A DNA stretch of 63,571 nt, counting the filler, from Conidiobolus incongruus B7586 (lineage: Eukaryota): the NCBI GenBank assembly GCA_000697335.1. It is 6 parts of 6 records of this genome, joined end to end, with 100 filler letters (N's around TTAATTAATTAA, not from the genome) between each part and the next. Parts side by side here need not be neighbours in the genome. Positions count along the whole stretch, not along the records: positions 62,309 to 63,571 come from JNEM01006184.1; 5 more parts are not named here. One strand, given 5' to 3'. Position 1 is the stretch's first letter. Each line of letters starts with the position of its first letter. The translations under genes and the position numbers were made by a program. This document shows, piece by piece, positions 62,389 to 63,571 of this stretch. Below the pieces are notes generated by a model. That model was not told where the DNA came from and searched no databases. It worked only from the letters and a program-made list of their open reading frames with translations.

Positions 62389-63403
62389 ATACTTAAATCC
62401 CTCTCTAAAAAGATTCACTTGTATATTAATCAACTTTATAGCAAAGGTAAATCAATTTATAAGATTATTAGAATTATTAATGCTAGCTAGTTTATTATAA
62501 CTAAAGCTGTTAAAAATTATAGTAAAGATATATTTAAACTTAAACTTAAGTATATTAAGGTTATAAATAAATATAATAAAAGGTATATTTATAGGTTAAT
62601 TAATATAAGTAAATATAATACTATTATAGAAGTATAGAAAAAATTACAAGACTATATAAGAATATTAGTTAATATTAATACTATTATATATATTATATTA
62701 TAATAAATATTATTTATATTTTAAGAAAAATCACTTTTAACTAAAAAAGTTTTATTGTAAAGCTAGATAAAAGTTTTAATATCACTATTAAAATTAAACT
62801 AAAACTAATTAAAATAAGATTATTTAGTTTAATAAAACAAAAATATATTTTAGTGAATTTAATAAAAAAATTAGATGTTTTAAAAAAAACAAAGAATTAC
62901 TTTATAACCATTATGTTATTTCAACCTAAAAATATAATAATAAGTTAATTATAATTTAAGGATATATATTATTTTCTAGTATAAAGTATCTTTATAAAGT
63001 TGATAAGGGAATTAATATTGAGATATACTAAAATATTCTAAATAATAAATTAAAAGCAATTATTAAATAATATAGGTTAAATAAATCAAATATTATTTTT
63101 TAATAAGATAATACCTTTTGTTATATTGTTATTTCTATTACCAAATAGTTTAAAAATAATAAAATAATAGTTATGAAGTAGTTTTTTCAATCCCCTAACT
63201 CTAATCTAATTAAACACCTTTAGGATTAGTTAAAAAAAGCAATTAAAGCTTTCCCATCAGTAAAAAATTTAAATAACCTTTAAAAATATATTTAAGAAGC
63301 TTAAAACAAAATTAATCTTTCTTAATATAAGAAGTTAGTGGACTCTATACTTTATAAACTTAAAGAAGTTAAGAAAACAAAAGATAAATATATTAAGTCT
63401 TAA
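62389..63403 (+). mobile_element. Tc1-like (DD34E) transposase relic, copy 2, extremely mutated
   Basis: Conceptual translation gives N*TKTN*NKII*FNKTK (NWT..DW.KIIWSDETK), ST*KYNNKLIII*GY (K.GGG.IMIWGC), IIF**DN (IFQQDN) and K*FFQSPNSNLIKHL*D*LK (WPSQSPDLNPIEHLW). There are 34 residues between the second D and the E position. Confidence 0.88.
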
Positions 63404-63571
63404 TTTTCTTTTTATAACTAAAATACACAAATTTATAACTCATCTTAAGTAAAATTTAAATTTTAATATATCAACTAAAAGTTAATATAATTAAATTGAA
63501 TATATATAATTATAAATAAATAATATAAATTAATTATATGTTTTAATTTAAATTAATAAAGTTATTGATAA

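Noticed and set aside
1..63571. CRISPR array, rRNA or prokaryotic operon
   Set aside because: No regularly spaced direct repeats or rRNA-like sequence; gene structure is eukaryotic.

Overview
Very AT-rich, gene-poor eukaryotic scaffold, almost certainly fungal. An early-diverging, Conidiobolus/entomophthoralean-like origin is my inference from the intronless proteinase-K-type subtilisins, short GT-AG introns and AT-rich spacers; it is not proven. Five 100-nt assembly gaps carry a synthetic TTAATTAATTAA linker. Intact genes: a C2H2 zinc-finger transcription factor, a secreted S8 subtilisin, a homeodomain protein, a six-exon SAM-domain plus ATRX-like SNF2 ATPase (about 1551 aa, with a 21-aa periodic Arg/Ser/Tyr/Asp array), a secreted Kex2-type polyprotein, a GPI-anchored Ser/Gly/Thr-rich protein, tRNA-Asp(GTC) and tRNA-Lys(CTT). 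A tandem subtilisin pseudogene lies 4 kb downstream of the intact copy. Mobile DNA: several mariner (DD34D) and Tc1 (DD34E) relics, nested near the right end and destroyed by dense C>T/G>A substitution, plus a 558-bp solo LTR 10 bp upstream of tRNA-Lys. Best leads: (1) the polyprotein at 53841-55178, which would release nine related GL(T)xxxVNSPxVxQQQ peptides with functional-amyloid or repellent-like features; (2) RIP-like, apparently transposon-selective hypermutation; (3) a candidate tRNA-gene-targeted LTR element; (4) a 660-bp apparently identical inverted repeat bracketing the homeobox gene; (5) insect-type mariner elements in a fungus.
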